From: Chlorokybus atmophyticus | Taxonomy: Eukaryota > Plantae > Mesostigma and Chlorokybus algae | DNA: 64,000 nucleotides | Assembly (NCBI GenBank): GCA_009103225.1 | Contig: RHPI01000797.1 | Location: 743,064-807,063, forward strand | Reading direction: 5' to 3' | Shown: positions 61,290-64,000 of the stretch, piece after piece | Numbering within the stretch: position 1 is the first letter of the stretch | Layout of the letters: the number at the start of each line of letters is the position of its first letter | Translations under genes and position numbers: made by a program | The notes under the pieces: generated by a model | What the model saw: the letters and a program-made list of their open reading frames with translations, nothing else | Told to the model about the DNA's origin: nothing | The model's database searches: none

Positions 61290-62439
61290 ACTGGCGATGA
61301 GAAGCCACTTGACAATGCATGATCCTGGCCCGGGCAATGTTGTACGGCGGTGCACACATTGTGCCCTGCTCAGTAATAACCTGATGTATGGCATGGTATG
61401 GTATCGCGATAGCAACACCTTATTGTTGTTTGTAGTCTACGACCGATTGTTTGTCATAATAGCATTGCCACATTGCTGCTAGAGGCTGTGCCTCTAGTCA
61501 CAACACCTTGCGATTATGGTCGTGTGCAATTATGAACATGATGAAAACTCGATTTCAAGAACCTCTTGTGTTTTGCGAATGTTTGCATGGCAAGGCTATA
61601 CTGTCAGCAAGGTGCATCACATCAAGCACATAAGGGCCGACCTGACCCTTCCCTCTGCAAACAATGATCTGCAATTGTGCGCAACTTCAATCTAGTACTC
61701 TCCGGTTCTGCAGCGGATGCTGGCTTCCATGTTGTAGCATGCCGCTGGCATGCGTGTGAGTATGCTTGTGCAGTGATAGGCAGGGTTGACAGTACGTAGC
61801 TTGGTGTGACGATGTCGCTGTTAGTGTATGAGAGAGTGTAGCATGGTAGTGTGCCGCAATGTCCAGCAATGTTTCACTGCGCTGCAGGCTGTGTACAGAG
61901 ATGGCCGTAGCGTGTGTGGTATGTGATGCTATGTATGCAATCAGTGTTGACTATGCATTGCTCTGTTGTAACAATTATTGGATACTTGCATGTGAGTCAG
62001 TCGTCCTACCAGCTGTGCTGCATTGCGTGACGAGTATGGCGTGGTGTGCGTATCAAGCATACGGCGCTGTAATGTACACCATAAATCTGCATGTTATGTG
62101 TCGTACTAGTTGTACTTACCATATGGCCAGCATCACAGCCACTCCAATTGCTTTGTTTGACATTAACATTTCATGCTTGGCTTAAAGCTTGCATGCTGGT
62201 GTGCGTATATACATCTACATAGGTATATGTATACTTGCTGCTTGTGGTGCTTCTTATCGTGCATTTAGACTGCTTTTGCCCTGTGACTTACACCTTATAC
62301 ATATATACACGTAGGTGTGTTTGAGTGCCGGGGCTTATGATGCTGCGTGTGCGGTTGTTACGCACGGTAGCACATGACACTCCAATACTTGACAGTTGGT
62401 CGTCGTAAAGTGCTGTAGGTGAGCCTAAGCTCTTGCATG

Positions 62440-62950
62440 CTGTTACTTGCTGACATTCGTATCGCTGAGGGGCTAAGCAACGCGCTCCTAGGACAAGAGC
62501 AGAGCTTGCTTGATTGAAGAGGGAAGCTGTATTTTTGTTTGCGCGGGGAAACTATAGTACAGGTAAATGGGCTTGGTGGCATCCGAGCCGGGCCGCAACA
62601 CGAAGCTCTCATCGAACGTCACTGTTATGGCGTGGAGACAAAGCAGTATAGCGTAGCAGGTCGGAGACGGCTAAACGGGGTAAATATGACAACAATCTGC
62701 CGGAGGGATACCTTTTACCGGCTGACAATGGAGACGCATGGCACGCTTGAGGAGGACTTTCAGCCTGTGCAATTCGCACGCGCAATGTCATGGACGTTGC
62801 TAAAAGCGTAGCTGCGCCGCAAGGAGGGTTTTGTATGGCTGTGCCGGGTGGCTTGCGGTGATAGCTAGCACAGGTTATGGCCATCCAGTGGGAGCAGCAG
62901 TGTTGGTAGTAATGCCGGGTTGGACGCCCGTGACCCCAAACCCTCCTACC
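62440..62950 (+). mobile_element. Longest CRE-like non-LTR relic: degenerate zinc knuckle, RLE and C-terminal helix, with stops and frameshifts
   Basis: In order: LLD*RGKLYFC, RSETAKRGKYD (frameshift) LTMETHGTL, AQVMAI, VMPGWTP; the last matches VAGWSP of the 4 kb copy. Confidence 0.55.
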
Positions 62951-64000
62951 ACATAGGCGGACGCGACGCTTGCATAGTTGACATGGGTGGGGCTAGACTT
63001 GCGCGGTGTGGTGTGCGATGCGTGCATATGCGTATGCGGTGTGATGGGAACGCATGCAAAATATACAACATCAATTGCAATTCAGTTGGCCACTAGGCTA
63101 CTTTACAACCCTACCGTACTGCCTTTACCCCATTAGACACGCAATAGTCAACATGATGTTGTAATTGTCTGCCCGCACGGGCGCTGGTTGCTGTGACGTG
63201 ATGCATTCATATATAGTCAAGTGCGAATGAGATAGCTTGGTGGTGCCGGTTGCCTGCTAACAAACACAATATGCTGTGGTTAACGGATGCGTGCAATTGT
63301 GTGCTTGAGTGTGTGTGGTGGACCATGCCACAGCGTGTGAACCTACCTTGGCTGCAACCGCCTTACCTACATCAACTGTTAATGTTGCGTGTATGAAGTG
63401 TGTGGCGGACTCAATGCATGTGTAGAATACATGCAATGATGTGATTGTGACTATTGCATTGCGTATCATAGACTTGCCTCTGCACTTTCAGCTTTCAGTC
63501 AAGTGTGCCATACACGCTCTCCACGCCGTGCATGCATGCGCTTTTGCATGTTTTGCAACTGTATTATTGAAATGCCTAGGTATGATTTAATGATGAGAGT
63601 TGAGTGGTTGATAACATGCATGTTAATGTAGGTGGCTTGTGGTTGCTCCGTATTTCATGCTTGGTTTCACTGTTCAACACTATGATTGCTCGCTCATAGA
63701 CATGTATGTGACACTTGCATTGGCATGCTCTTAGCGGCCGGGTAGGTAAGATGGTAGAATGCAATGTTGTTGTTGAGCATTGCGTGCCATCAAGCGTCTA
63801 TATCATAGATTGCACAGATGCTCGCTTTCATATATATCATATACTTAAAAAGTGCACTTGGATTTGATGGTGTGCATTGTGTTGGTTGTGCTTTTGCTTG
63901 GACAAGCATGAGTTGTGGTGTTTCAACACATTCCATGCGCAATTGATGACTTGCATCAACGAAATATGCACGGACTCTGCACGACACACACCATTTGTAC

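Overview
Intron-rich eukaryotic nuclear DNA (GT-AG introns, two N-gaps). It is most likely from a flagellated green alga of the early streptophyte type; this is an inference from a plant-type tRNA-Asp, land-plant beta-tubulin intron positions, an IC97/CASC1 dynein subunit and a selenoprotein. Genes reconstructed by hand: the 3' part of an Ala/Glu-rich repeat protein, a divergent MACPF-like protein, CASC1/IC97, TMEM256/DUF423, a signal-peptide glutathione peroxidase with an in-frame TGA (selenocysteine) and a SECIS element, APEX2, two beta-tubulins, glyoxalase II, a TPR-like protein, a TBC-domain Rab-GAP and AATF/BFR2. Two identical tRNA-Asp(GTC) genes bracket a 5.6 kb repeat-rich segment that starts with 4 x 57 bp tRNA-like tandem repeats. 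Five 3'-end relics of a CRE-like (restriction-like endonuclease) non-LTR retroelement are dispersed across the window, one with a 13 bp target-site duplication. A gene-poor, AT-richer 16.8-27 kb interval holds related perfect palindromes, 1-nt-loop hairpins and a spliced, apparently non-coding unit flanked by dense GGTAC clusters. All family assignments are from motif recognition by eye; no database search was run.
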